64,000 bases of DNA from positions 74,157 to 138,156 of the forward strand of contig NZ_JAAQPI010000002.1 in assembly GCF_011683955.1 (NCBI RefSeq), given 5' to 3'. Made by a program: the position numbers and the translations under genes. The DNA comes from Pseudomaricurvus alkylphenolicus (GTDB taxonomy: Bacteria > Pseudomonadota > Gammaproteobacteria > Pseudomonadales > Cellvibrionaceae). This document shows positions 33,064-42,772 of the stretch, piece by piece; the stretch's first letter is position 1, and every line of letters begins with the position of its first letter. The notes below the pieces were generated by a model that ran no database searches, had not been told where the DNA came from, and worked only from the letters and a program-made list of their open reading frames with translations.

Positions 33064-33756
33064 TTACGCGCCTTTGTATTCCGCCTCCGATACAACCCGG
33101 TAGACATTTTGTTCCTTCAGGTATTCCAGCAGCACAACCCGATCACCACGAGTGAACGTCTGCTCCCCGGTCGCCCTGATCTTGAGAATAAGCCCCGCAC
33201 CGCCGTCTTCTAATGACGCCTCCCCAAAATCCTTGTCGACTCTTGAAGTTCTGACAACCGCTACTTGGCCGAGTACCTTTTTCTCGGTTTCCTGAGTCGC
33301 TTTCAGGAACAGGGGCCGCAGCGGTTTGATCACCTGTGCCGTGAGCATCACCGCAATGTAGAGTGATACCAGAAGAACGGGCAATCCGAACACCAATCTC
33401 AAGAATCCTTCGCCCATCCACGCCAACAGGAAATGCACACTGTAATAGCAAATCACCCAGCCAATCAGGGAGATCAGGGAGATAATGACCGTTACGGGTA
33501 CGCCCACCAACCCGAAACGCAACATCAAACCCGCCAACACATCAGGATTGCTTACGCCTTCGCTGCCCTGACCCGCAGGACCACTATCGCCTTCGGGCAG
33601 ATCAAAGTCCAACACCTCCAGATCAACAAATCCCAACACCGCCACTAGCCAGTAGAGAACGGATAACGCCAGAAAAAAACTAAAAAAGGCGGTTGGGAAT
33701 GAGGTGATATTTTGGTAGAACGGATCCATATTCTCGTGTAGAAAAATGGCAAGCAT
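33064..33756 (-). CDS. NfeD-like membrane protein with C-terminal OB-fold (YqiJ-like partner of flotillin)
   Basis: Multiple TM helices. C-terminal OB-fold GQVAVVRTSRVDKDFGEASLEDGGAGLILKIRATGEQTFTRGDRVVLLEY. Directly upstream of the flotillin gene, as in the yqiJK arrangement. Confidence 0.7.
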   Translation of the reverse strand: MLAIFLHENMDPFYQNITSFPTAFFSFFLALSVLYWLVAVLGFVDLEVLDFDLPEGDSGPAGQGSEGVSNPDVLAGLMLRFGLVGVPVTVIISLISLIGWVICYYSVHFLLAWMGEGFLRLVFGLPVLLVSLYIAVMLTAQVIKPLRPLFLKATQETEKKVLGQVAVVRTSRVDKDFGEASLEDGGAGLILKIRATGEQTFTRGDRVVLLEYLKEQNVYRVVSEAEYKGA

Positions 33757-33804
33757 TCCCGGGCTCCTGCGTGGGGTGGATTACGGATTCGCCTAATCCA
33801 CCCG

Positions 33805-34497
33805 TTAAGATTTTTTATTTTTAATGCGCTCAAGAATGTCATCAGCGCTGTTACCGTGAGGCGCAATACCGGCTTCCTCCAGTTTCGTTTGCAGGGAGCT
33901 ATCGGAGTTTTCCTCCGCGACCTCGCTCGCTGCAGTCATCTGCGCAGCCCTCAGCGCCTGCTTTTCCTTGATCTGCTCCAGGCTGTCCATGGCGGTGCGC
34001 ATCTTCGAGTTCGAGCCGCTATGTCGCTCCGCCACAGCGGCCTGAGCGCGCTGTACATTTTCAGTGGCCTTCACGGTATCAACCTGTTGTTTCAAGCGTT
34101 TTAAATTGCCTTCCGTCTGCTTGATGGCGGTGCGCAGCTGCTTGGCGCTGGCCGCATAACCTGTGCCGGACTCCTGCTCCTGAGTCAGCTGGTTTTCCAG
34201 ATCGGCGATTTTCTGTGCCACTTCGTGGGCCAGAGTTTCGTCGCCTTTCTCCAGTGCCTTGATGGCATAACCTTCGTGTTCTTCGATCTGCTTCTTGAGT
34301 GTCGAGCACTTCTCTTCGGCCAGCTTTTGCCTGGCCATAATTTCGGTCAGGCTGTCTTTCGACTTCTGCAATTCCTCGGAGGCATCGCGCACCTCCTGGT
34401 CCAGAATGCGCAGCGCCTGGCTGTCAACAATGGCCTCTCCGGCTTCGTTTACTCCACCGCGCAAGGCGGTCATCATTTTCGCCCAAATATTCATCAT
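33805..34497 (-). CDS. PspA/IM30 (phage-shock protein A / VIPP1) family protein (YjfJ-like)
   Basis: MMNIWAKMMTALRGGVNEAGEAIVDSQALRILDQEVRDASEELQKSKDSL...: coiled-coil PspA/IM30 signature. GGAG RBS before ATGATG. Confidence 0.85.
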   Translation of the reverse strand: MMNIWAKMMTALRGGVNEAGEAIVDSQALRILDQEVRDASEELQKSKDSLTEIMARQKLAEEKCSTLKKQIEEHEGYAIKALEKGDETLAHEVAQKIADLENQLTQEQESGTGYAASAKQLRTAIKQTEGNLKRLKQQVDTVKATENVQRAQAAVAERHSGSNSKMRTAMDSLEQIKEKQALRAAQMTAASEVAEENSDSSLQTKLEEAGIAPHGNSADDILERIKNKKS

Positions 34498-34544
34498 CAA
34501 ACTCCAAAAATTCAATTAGCCTTGGTTCAGGTGGCCTATGCTTA

Positions 34545-35174
34545 TCAACTGGCAGCGACCGGGATGGCAAGGAATTCGCTGTAGGCTTCCGTAGCCTGGA
34601 TCACATTGTTAGCCAGCACTTCGATCTCAAAAACCACATTGGCCAGAATCGAAGTCGAGCTGAGCGCGCCGAACATATGGTAGTAGTCGCCGTCCGCGCC
34701 AAGGGTGTCAAGGCTGATGGTTGATAGGGGAAAGTACTTGTGGGTGCGCAGCACCGCTTCGTTGAATCCGGCCTGGTCAGTGACTTCGTCCACCGACCAG
34801 AGTACGGCCTCGGCAATAATCTGCTCACCGGCCACGGTCAGGAAAATCGGCAGGTCGCCAAACTCCTTCATCACAACGTGCAGCGCCGGCTCGATTCCGT
34901 CGATAAGCTCGACACTGGCCTGCCCGGAGGTAAACAGCTCTACATCTTTCAGGGCAGCAAACAAACTGTTGGTCGTCCAGGCGTTCATGGGTTCCGTCAT
35001 GGCAATCACTCCTGTTGCGTTAATGTCTCCGGCCGGCAACCGCAGCTGCTTTTCCATTTCAGCCAGGTGCTTGGCGTTATCCGGAAGAATCCAAACCTCC
35101 TTCTTCACCAAGCCCTGTTCGCGAAGCCTGCGCCGGTATTCCCGTTGATAATGTGCTGATGATTTCGCTTTCAT
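34545..35174 (-). CDS. YjfI-like (DUF2170-like) protein with N-terminal ribbon-helix-helix-like extension
   Basis: Position upstream of the pspA-like gene mirrors E. coli yjfI-yjfJ. N-terminal KKEVWILPDNAKHLAEMEKQLRL resembles an RHH beta-strand plus helix. Start chosen at MKAKSS; the upstream ORF portion is AT-rich promoter-like DNA. Family assignment tentative. Confidence 0.4.
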   Translation of the reverse strand: MKAKSSAHYQREYRRRLREQGLVKKEVWILPDNAKHLAEMEKQLRLPAGDINATGVIAMTEPMNAWTTNSLFAALKDVELFTSGQASVELIDGIEPALHVVMKEFGDLPIFLTVAGEQIIAEAVLWSVDEVTDQAGFNEAVLRTHKYFPLSTISLDTLGADGDYYHMFGALSSTSILANVVFEIEVLANNVIQATEAYSEFLAIPVAAS

Positions 35175-35193
35175 GGAATAACCGTAAACTCTC

Positions 35194-35223
35194 ACATGTA
35201 ATAAATCAAACAAAATTACATGT
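35194..35223. promoter_or_regulatory. 9-bp perfect inverted repeat ACATGTAAT / ATTACATGT (12-bp spacer) 20-50 bp upstream of the yjfI-like start
   Basis: Direct reading of the sequence, embedded in an AT-rich region. Candidate operator. Confidence 0.3.
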
Positions 35224-35644
35224 GATGCATATATCGTTTTCGAATTAGATAGAAATTCCTTTAAAAACAATACCTTATAGAGGGCTCCAAACTTTGGAAA
35301 CCTGTATTTACAGTGATGAGCTTGGCCAAATGCGACCAATACCGGCCGAATGACCGAGGCTGTCGGCTAAAGCCGAAGCCGCGGAGATACTGAACTGGCA
35401 AATTCCAGAATGAGCCGTGACGCGAGCCGAGTCAGCAGTGCCAAAGCGATTGATCGAAGAGAACGCGAGCGACTTGTGGTTTCGTTTTAGCCAGCGCTTG
35501 CCCTGAAAAACTCCAGTGCTCGGCGGTTGTGGAACGCGGGCGAGATTGTCCCGCTTCAAAGAGGATTCTTCCATGACTCTAATTTCGTGAATTCCGTGTT
35601 AATCCGTTAAACGCGGTTCAATCTAGCACTGCCGGTGACGACAT

Positions 35645-37501
35645 TCAATCGTCGGAATCAGACCCTGTTAACAGATTTTCCAGTTGGTCGCGATCCAAGC
35701 TTTCTCGCTGAAGCAATTCACTCACCAAGCGGTCCAACTGTGATCGGTGCTGCTCCAACACCGCCGTACTTTCCTGCTCCGCCTGTTGCAGGATCGCAAT
35801 CACTTCCCGATCCATCCGATCGGCCGTGGCTTCGCTGAACTCCCGGGTCTGCGCCAGCTCCCGACCAAGAAAGGCGTGCTCTTCGGCAACGTTAAAACTG
35901 GCGGGTCCCAGGTCGCGGCTCATGCCCCATTGCCCTACCATTTGTCGGGCGAGACGGGTTGCCTGCTTGAGGTCGTCGGCCGGCCCCGAGCTTATGTCAT
36001 TGAACACCAAATGCTCCGCACAGCGCCCCGCCATAAGGATACGCAGGCGATCATGAAGATAAGGGGATTCCGCGCTGTGGCGATCTTGTTCAGGTCTCTG
36101 CTCCGTCACCCCCATGGCTCGACCGCGAGGAATAATGGAGACTTTCTGTACGGGATCACTGTGCTCGGAAAAGTAAGCCACCAGTGCGTGTCCGGCTTCG
36201 TGCACCGCAACGCGGCGGCGTTCGCTTTCGGTAAGAATACCGTCACGGCGCTCGCCCAACATCACTTTATCCCGGGCACTGATAAAATCTTCCATAGTCA
36301 ATTGTTCGCGATCATAACGGGCGGCTCTAAGCGCGGCCTCGTTAACCAGGTTGGCAAGATCCGCCCCGGAAAAACCCGTGGTCAGCGCAGCAACCTGTTC
36401 GAGGTCGATATCGCCGGCCAGGGGCGTCTTGCGGGTGTGCACCTCCAAAATCTTCAGCCGGGCTGGTCGTTCCGGCAGCTCCAAAACAACTTTGCGATCG
36501 AATCGCCCCGGCCTGAGCAACGCCGCATCCAACACATCCGGCCGATTGGTGGCCGCCAGCACCACCACCGCTTCGTGGGCATCGAAACCATCCATTTCCG
36601 CCAGGATTTGATTGAGCGTTTGTTCCCGCTCGTCGTGCCCACCGCCCAGACCGGTACCGCGGGCTCGGCCGACAGAGTCAATTTCGTCGATAAAAATCAG
36701 CGATGGAGCGCTGGCTCGCGCTTCGCTGAACATCTCGCGCACGCGAGCGGCACCAACCCCCACAAACAGCTCGATAAATTCCGAACCACTAATGGAAAAG
36801 AAAGGCACGCCGGCTTCGTTTGCGGCCGCTCTGGCCAGCAGGGTTTTACCGGTGCCGGGCGGTCCCATCATCAGCATACCTCTGGGCATATGCGCACCCA
36901 GCCGCTGGAATTTTTGCGGTTGCCGCAGATACTCGATCACCTCCTGCAGGTCTCGCTTGGCCAGCTCCAGACCCGCCACCTGATCAAAGCCGGGGCCGTC
37001 CGGGTCACTGTCGTGGCGTCGAGCCTTGGATTTGAGCGTCCCCCGGGTAAAATCCAGGCGTCCGCCGAGTCGCCCCTGCATGGCACGGGCGCTGTAAACC
37101 AGCAGCGCAAAGATCAGCAGCCAGGGAATAAACCCCGCCAGCAGCTTCATCCAGCCGGGCGCTTCTGCCGCCAGCACCTGAACCTCGATATCCTTTTCCA
37201 GTAACTGTTGCAGCAGACGACGATCTTCCACCACCGGAATCACCGCTCGAAATTGACTGGAGCCGGGTTTGGCGTCTTTGGGATTACGGTCGCTGTAACC
37301 TTTAATCTGGTGCCCCTGCATTTGCACCCGCTTGATGTCGCCGCTTTCTATGCGCGCCAGGAATTCAGAATAACTCAGACTTCGAGGGGATTCGGCACTG
37401 AGCACGGAGAACAGATAGTAAAGGGCAAACAACATGACCAGCCAGCTCAGCCACTGGCCACTGTTCAAAGGATTGTCTTCCGGTTTTTTTTGCTCGCTCA
37501 T
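35645..37501 (-). CDS. FtsH-family ATP-dependent zinc metalloprotease (paralog)
   Basis: N-terminal TM. AAA module (GPPGTGKT; DEID). M41 protease HEAGH zinc motif ([12 protein letters not shown]). Confidence 0.9.
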   Translation of the reverse strand: MSEQKKPEDNPLNSGQWLSWLVMLFALYYLFSVLSAESPRSLSYSEFLARIESGDIKRVQMQGHQIKGYSDRNPKDAKPGSSQFRAVIPVVEDRRLLQQLLEKDIEVQVLAAEAPGWMKLLAGFIPWLLIFALLVYSARAMQGRLGGRLDFTRGTLKSKARRHDSDPDGPGFDQVAGLELAKRDLQEVIEYLRQPQKFQRLGAHMPRGMLMMGPPGTGKTLLARAAANEAGVPFFSISGSEFIELFVGVGAARVREMFSEARASAPSLIFIDEIDSVGRARGTGLGGGHDEREQTLNQILAEMDGFDAHEAVVVLAATNRPDVLDAALLRPGRFDRKVVLELPERPARLKILEVHTRKTPLAGDIDLEQVAALTTGFSGADLANLVNEAALRAARYDREQLTMEDFISARDKVMLGERRDGILTESERRRVAVHEAGHALVAYFSEHSDPVQKVSIIPRGRAMGVTEQRPEQDRHSAESPYLHDRLRILMAGRCAEHLVFNDISSGPADDLKQATRLARQMVGQWGMSRDLGPASFNVAEEHAFLGRELAQTREFSEATADRMDREVIAILQQAEQESTAVLEQHRSQLDRLVSELLQRESLDRDQLENLLTGSDSDD

Positions 37502-37522
37502 AGTCGTCAGATCGCACCCTGG

Positions 37523-38884
37523 TTAGAGATCAAAACTGTCGCGATAAGCCGGCACCGTGGCCGACCAACCCAGTTCTTCCTGCAATCGCACTCGCAGGTG
37601 GTCCGCCGCTGAAGGCTCTCCGTGGTTAATCAAAATCCGCTTGGGGGCCACCGGCATCTTGCGCAACCATTGTAGAATTTCATCGTTGTCCGCATGTGCC
37701 GACAAACTGTCCAGCTGTTGTATCTCGGCCTCAACAGGATAATAGTGTCCGTGGATTTTGATCGATTCCTCACCATTTACCAGTCTGGCCCCTCGAGTGC
37801 CACCAGCCTGGTAGCCGGCGAACAGGATGGTATTGCGCGAGTCGCCCAACATGCGCTTAAGGTGATGCAGCACTCGCCCGCCGGTGGCCATGCCGCTGGC
37901 CGAGATAATGATTTTGGGGGCGGAGATTGCCGCCAGGGCTTTTGACTGTTCAGGTGTGCGTGTGTAATGAATATGCCTGAAGAGCGTTTGGCATTGCCCG
38001 ACATTCAATCGGTGCTGATCAGGGTAGCGCATCATCAACTGGCTGGTGTCGATGGCCATGGGGCTATCAAGATATACCGGCAGCGAGGGGATCTCGCCGG
38101 ACTGTTGCAATCGGTGCAGCAGCAACATCACTAACTGCGCTCTGCCCACAGCAAATGCCGGTATCAATAAATCGCCACCGCGGTGAACCGTTTCTCTAAC
38201 AACGTCAGCCAGTTGTTGCTTGGCGTCAATGGTCAGATGTCGTCTATCGCCATAGGTGGATTCGAGCACCAGGACATCGCAACCCGGTGGCGGCTCCGGT
38301 GCCCGCATCAAGGAGTCCGCCGGTCGGCCCAGATCTCCCGAAAACAGTATCTGTTGACCCGCCGCTTGCACCAGCAGCGAACCCGAGCCCAGGATATGAC
38401 CGTTGGGATACCACTGCGCTTTGATTTCCCCCAATGCCAGCGTATGCCCAAAGGCTACCGTTTCCATTTGACTGATGGCGCGGCGGGCCTGGTGCTGGTC
38501 GAACAACGGGCGCGCGGGGTGATGGCGACTGAATCTATGGCGGTTGGCAAATGCCGCCTCCTCCTCCTGAATATGGGCTGCGTCCAAAAGCAGTATTTCG
38601 CAAAGATCGCGGGTTGCCTCCGTACAGTAGATGGGTCCCTTAAACCCGGCTGCTGCCAGTACAGGCAGATAACCACTGTGGTCCAGATGGGCGTGGGTGA
38701 GGAAGACGGCCTCGATAGAATCTGGCGGCGGCGAAAATCGCTCCCAGTTGCGACGGCGCAGGTTCTTATAGCCCTGAAAAAGCCCGGCATCAATCAGAAC
38801 GCGCCTGCCATTACATCCGAGCAATGTGCGCGATCCTGTGACACAGCCTGCGGCTCCGAGAAACTGCAATTGGTTGTGACTCAT
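37523..38884 (-). CDS. Metallo-beta-lactamase-fold hydrolase with beta-CASP / RNA-specificity domain
   Basis: HxHxDH motif (LTHAHLDHSGYLP). N-terminus FLGAAGCVTGS. C-terminal beta-CASP-like region. 453 aa. Confidence 0.8.
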   Translation of the reverse strand: MSHNQLQFLGAAGCVTGSRTLLGCNGRRVLIDAGLFQGYKNLRRRNWERFSPPPDSIEAVFLTHAHLDHSGYLPVLAAAGFKGPIYCTEATRDLCEILLLDAAHIQEEEAAFANRHRFSRHHPARPLFDQHQARRAISQMETVAFGHTLALGEIKAQWYPNGHILGSGSLLVQAAGQQILFSGDLGRPADSLMRAPEPPPGCDVLVLESTYGDRRHLTIDAKQQLADVVRETVHRGGDLLIPAFAVGRAQLVMLLLHRLQQSGEIPSLPVYLDSPMAIDTSQLMMRYPDQHRLNVGQCQTLFRHIHYTRTPEQSKALAAISAPKIIISASGMATGGRVLHHLKRMLGDSRNTILFAGYQAGGTRGARLVNGEESIKIHGHYYPVEAEIQQLDSLSAHADNDEILQWLRKMPVAPKRILINHGEPSAADHLRVRLQEELGWSATVPAYRDSFDL

Positions 38885-38910
38885 ATACGCCCCTCCACCC
38901 CTTGGAAGTT

Positions 38911-40533
38911 TCAGACCCGCGCCGGATCGGTCAGCAGGCTCTGGCGGTCTTCCAGATCATAGAACTGTTCCAGGGCACAACGCAATCGATCTGCCGCCTG
39001 CCAGAGCTCCCGGTTAATATTCAGCAGCGTGGAGAGATCGGCACTGTTGAGCAGATGATGGCCTTCGCGCTGCAGAATCTGCTCGTGAATCGCTTCATGT
39101 AAGCGGTTATTTTCCGCTGCGATATTCTCCAGAGTTTCGCGGGCATAGCTTGAGGAGTGCTGCTGTCCCAGCAGGTGGTTAAACTGACGATACATGGCAG
39201 CCTGGGTGCGCCCTTGCGGCGAAGGGAAGTTTCCGAGCTCCCCCGGCGTGAGGCGCAGCAGATTTTCCCGAATGTCCTTGATGCTCTTGGCGCTAAAGAC
39301 GCCCTCTCGGGCCGCGCTGACCAGATTGCCCAACCTCTCACTTTGTTCCGGTGTGAGGCTGTGTGTCTGCATTCTGCGCGAAAGCAACAGCACTTCTCCC
39401 TCGATGTTTTTTAGTGCCTCATAACGCTGCTCGAAGGCCTCTTCTGAGAGTTCATTCTGTTCATGATGAATCGGCAATGCCCGACCGTTGAGGTCGAGCA
39501 CATCACGCAGCAATAGCGCCACGCTGCGCTCAATGGCCACTAGAGCGGCATCGGGCAGTGCGGCGACTTCTCTGAGATTGGGGTAATCGTCCGATTCTGA
39601 GCTTTGTAGGCAGCTTTCGATCCAGCGACTGAAGCTGCCCAGAACCGGCATAAACAGCAGCAAGCCAATCAGGTTAAACAAGCTGTGGAAGGTAACCAGG
39701 CTATAGAGAGGATCGCTGACTCCAATCCAATTGAGCAGCCATGGCAACAAGGGCAAGAGCAGCAGAAACGCCAGTAAGTCCACACAGAGATTAAAGGTAA
39801 AGTGCGCCAGGGCCAGCTGTTTTTTGACCACTGACCCCCTCAAGCTACCCAGCGCGCTGGTGCTGGTGGTGCCCAGATCTGCGCCTATAATCAGGGCGGC
39901 GGCGGCCTGAAGTTCAATCAGTCCGGAGTTAAGTGCGGTGAGCGCAATCATCATGCTGGCGGAGCTGGATTGAATTACCGCCGTCATCAGCACCCCTAGC
40001 AGCAAATACAGCCAGGGAGAATGGCCACTGAGGCTGTCGATGGGCAATAACTCGGGCAGATGTTCTACCGCACCCTTCATCAGGTTCAGACCGAATAGCA
40101 GCAGCCCCAGACCCAGCAAGAGTTGTGACGACGCCCGCAGCAATTGACGCCGCTCGCCGAACACCAATCCCAGGCTGCCCAACCCAATCAGGGGTAAAGA
40201 CAAGGCATCCAGATCGAGTTTGAATCCGAGCAGGGTCACCAGCCAACCGGTGAACGTGGTCCCCAGATTGGCACCGAGAATGACACCGATGGCGTTGGTC
40301 AGAGGCACCAGACCCGCTGCCGCCAGGGCCTGCATCATCAGGCTGACCATCGAGCTGCTCTGCAAAAACGCGGTGACCAGCGTGCCTACCAGCACCGCCA
40401 GCCAGCGGTTGCCAGTACTCTGGCGGAAAAACTGCCGCAGCCGCTGACTGCCGAGCTGGCGCAACCCAGACTCCAGCCCGGCCATGCCGTACAGGAAAAT
40501 ACCCAGCCCAAATATCAGGTTCCAGCCATTCAA
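38911..40533 (-). CDS. Na/Pi-cotransporter family protein (YjbB/NptA-like with PhoU-like C-terminal domain)
   Basis: Duplicated Na/Pi cotransporter repeats (LQSSSMVSLMM; IQSSSASMMIAL). C-terminal helical PhoU-like region. Confidence 0.85.
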   Translation of the reverse strand: MNGWNLIFGLGIFLYGMAGLESGLRQLGSQRLRQFFRQSTGNRWLAVLVGTLVTAFLQSSSMVSLMMQALAAAGLVPLTNAIGVILGANLGTTFTGWLVTLLGFKLDLDALSLPLIGLGSLGLVFGERRQLLRASSQLLLGLGLLLFGLNLMKGAVEHLPELLPIDSLSGHSPWLYLLLGVLMTAVIQSSSASMMIALTALNSGLIELQAAAALIIGADLGTTSTSALGSLRGSVVKKQLALAHFTFNLCVDLLAFLLLLPLLPWLLNWIGVSDPLYSLVTFHSLFNLIGLLLFMPVLGSFSRWIESCLQSSESDDYPNLREVAALPDAALVAIERSVALLLRDVLDLNGRALPIHHEQNELSEEAFEQRYEALKNIEGEVLLLSRRMQTHSLTPEQSERLGNLVSAAREGVFSAKSIKDIRENLLRLTPGELGNFPSPQGRTQAAMYRQFNHLLGQQHSSSYARETLENIAAENNRLHEAIHEQILQREGHHLLNSADLSTLLNINRELWQAADRLRCALEQFYDLEDRQSLLTDPARV

Positions 40534-40658
40534 AGTCGCGACTCCGTTCTGTTTCTTCTACTTGTGTTTCCTCTACTATAGTCATCACAGACGCCATGGG
40601 ATTTGACTTCGATCCAATGGTCGCCAATTAAGCTGCCGCCTGACTATGGGTATCACAC

Positions 40659-41267
40659 ATGAATAATCGGCTGGAGAGCCTGCTGGAAGAGATTCGCCAG
40701 CTGGAAAAGGAAGTGCTCGAAGAACTGGAGCAAAAGCGCGAACAGTGGTCCTATGAGATCATTGCCCGCAGCGTGCATTTTCGGGAAGAAGTCATAGAAC
40801 AGCATCGTCGCCAGGTGACTCATGTTCGAGAGTACTTGCGGCGTGCAAAGTGGCGCCATATTATCACAGCTCCCATTATCTGGATGAACCTGTTCCCTGC
40901 CCTGCTGCTGGACCTCGTGGTTAGTGTTTACCAATGGACCTGTTTTCCTATCTATGGGATCCCACGGGTCAAGCGCAGTGAACATGTGGTGATCGACCGT
41001 CACTACCTCCAATACCTGAATATTATTGAGAAAGTGAATTGTGTTTATTGCGGTTACTTTAATGGGGTCATTTCCTATGTACGCGAAGTTGCCGCACGCA
41101 CCGAGCAGTACTGGTGCCCAATCAAGCACGCACAAAGGGTGCATGACCCCCACAGTCGATACGCGGGATTTGTCGACTTTGGTGATGGAGAAAGCTATCG
41201 TGAGAAGTTCCACGCCCTGCGAGGGCGCGCTCAAGAATTGGACGACAACAAAGAAAACCGCCACTGA
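40659..41267 (+). CDS. Hypothetical protein with Cys/His cluster (VNCVYCGYFNG...YWCPIKH)
   Basis: ORF with coding-like composition. No family assignment. Confidence 0.5.
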   Translation: MNNRLESLLEEIRQLEKEVLEELEQKREQWSYEIIARSVHFREEVIEQHRRQVTHVREYLRRAKWRHIITAPIIWMNLFPALLLDLVVSVYQWTCFPIYGIPRVKRSEHVVIDRHYLQYLNIIEKVNCVYCGYFNGVISYVREVAARTEQYWCPIKHAQRVHDPHSRYAGFVDFGDGESYREKFHALRGRAQELDDNKENRH

Positions 41268-41276
41268 GGCCTATTT

Positions 41277-41657
41277 ATGACATTGACAAACTGCCGAATG
41301 CTGGCTGCGCTGACCGCGATGGTGATGCTGGGCGCCTGTTCCGAAACCGAGGAGCCAACGGTGGCGGCACCACCTGTTGCTGAAAAGGCAGCCCCCGAAA
41401 AGGCGGCTCCAACGAAACCTGCAGAGAACATTGACCCGGCGTTATACCAGCAGGGTGCGTACCAGGAAATGGACGACCCTCGCTTTGCGGATGAACCCGA
41501 CAAGCTGCGATCGATGTTCGGTGACTCGAAAGACCAGGGCCGCGTCACCTTTGACGCGACCATCAAGCCGAAGAAGGGATTGGATGCCAGCCCCGAGGCC
41601 CTGAGCGTGGACAGTATCGATGGCGGCGAAGTCTCAGTGGAGGTAAAAATCGATTAA
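41277..41657 (+). CDS. Putative lipoprotein
   Basis: Signal peptide with lipobox (MLAALTAMVMLGAC-S). Low-complexity Ala/Pro/Glu linker. Confidence 0.5.
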   Translation: MTLTNCRMLAALTAMVMLGACSETEEPTVAAPPVAEKAAPEKAAPTKPAENIDPALYQQGAYQEMDDPRFADEPDKLRSMFGDSKDQGRVTFDATIKPKKGLDASPEALSVDSIDGGEVSVEVKID

Positions 41658-42481
41658 GCTGATTGCTCCGCCGGCTCTTGTTCCACCGGCTCATCTTCCA
41701 CCCTCAGATGGCGCCCCTCCATAACATCGTCGTGCAGCAGCTCAAATTGCAAAGTGAGCTTGTGCCGCGCCGCCATATGAGGCAGAGGTTTACGCAGGCT
41801 GTGGGACTCCTTCATTTTCACGGATGCGGGCAGGAAGGTATTGTAGATGGGTAACTGTTCGCCTTGCATCGCCTCAATCAGCTGACGCGGCAACCTGGCC
41901 TGGCCCTGGTACTGATTCACCACAATGCCCCCGACTTCCAGTGCCTGATTGTGATCCGATTTAAGCTCAAACACGTTTTCCAACAGCAGGTGCAAGGCCT
42001 GTAGCGAGAAGCTGTCACAATCGAAGGGAATCAGCAGCTCTTCAGCCGCGATTAATGCCGATTTGCTGTAAAAATTCAGGTTGGGGGGTGTGTCGATGTA
42101 GATTTCTTCGTAGTCTTTGGCCAGCTCCACCAGTGCGTCGCGCAGCTTGTAAATTTTATAACGGCTCTCAAGGTCCTTTTCGATATGAGCCAGTTTGGGG
42201 CTGGCCGGCAGCAGGTACAGGTTTTCGAACGGAGTTGCATGCACAAATTCCGCCGGCGCCTTTTCTACCGAGAAGAAGCCGGAGCGCTGATCGAGAAAGT
42301 CTGCGACGCTGCCATTGCCCGGCTGGTCGGGCTCATAGCCCAGATAATGGCTGCTATTGCCTTGAACATCCAGATCCACCACCAGAGTTTTCGCCCCACG
42401 GGCGGCACTGATGGCTGCAAGGTTGCAGGTGATACTGGATTTTCCGACACCGCCCTTTTGATTAAATACGACTCTTTTCAT
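41654..42481 (-). CDS. ParA/MinD-family ATPase (orphan)
   Basis: Deviant Walker A KGGVGKS (MKRVVFNQKGGVGKSSITCNLAA). ParA-like throughout. Confidence 0.85.
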   Translation of the reverse strand: MKRVVFNQKGGVGKSSITCNLAAISAARGAKTLVVDLDVQGNSSHYLGYEPDQPGNGSVADFLDQRSGFFSVEKAPAEFVHATPFENLYLLPASPKLAHIEKDLESRYKIYKLRDALVELAKDYEEIYIDTPPNLNFYSKSALIAAEELLIPFDCDSFSLQALHLLLENVFELKSDHNQALEVGGIVVNQYQGQARLPRQLIEAMQGEQLPIYNTFLPASVKMKESHSLRKPLPHMAARHKLTLQFELLHDDVMEGRHLRVEDEPVEQEPAEQSA

Positions 42482-42772
42482 GATTCTCTCCTCTTTCCCT
42501 TCTTCTCATTGCCGCTTCTAGCTCGGCTGTCCTGATTCGACCATGGACCTAAATTGGCTGCGGAATATCCTCGCTTCCTGGCCCCGAAACGGTGCTCCGA
42601 CCGCAAAAATGCGTCATCTTTGTGACAGCCGCGTGACGAATTGACGAGCAAGCCCCCAACCTAAACGGGGCGCTATTTAACGGGAAAAGACGACGCAATA
42701 ATAGAGCCAATCAGGCCAACTGATGGACGGATTGGCGCTGCATTGGGCAATATCACCCTGAAGGAGCACCAG

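Noticed and set aside
35225-35345. sigma54 -24/-12 promoter for the PspA cluster
   Set aside because: The only GG-N-GC candidates (e.g. tggtcgcatttggcc on the minus strand) have the wrong spacing (9 rather than 10) and poor flanks.
35308-35574. 88-aa ORF (minus) in the ftsH-yjfI intergenic region
   Set aside because: Overlaps the AT-rich promoter region, has no RBS and no motif. Likely noncoding.
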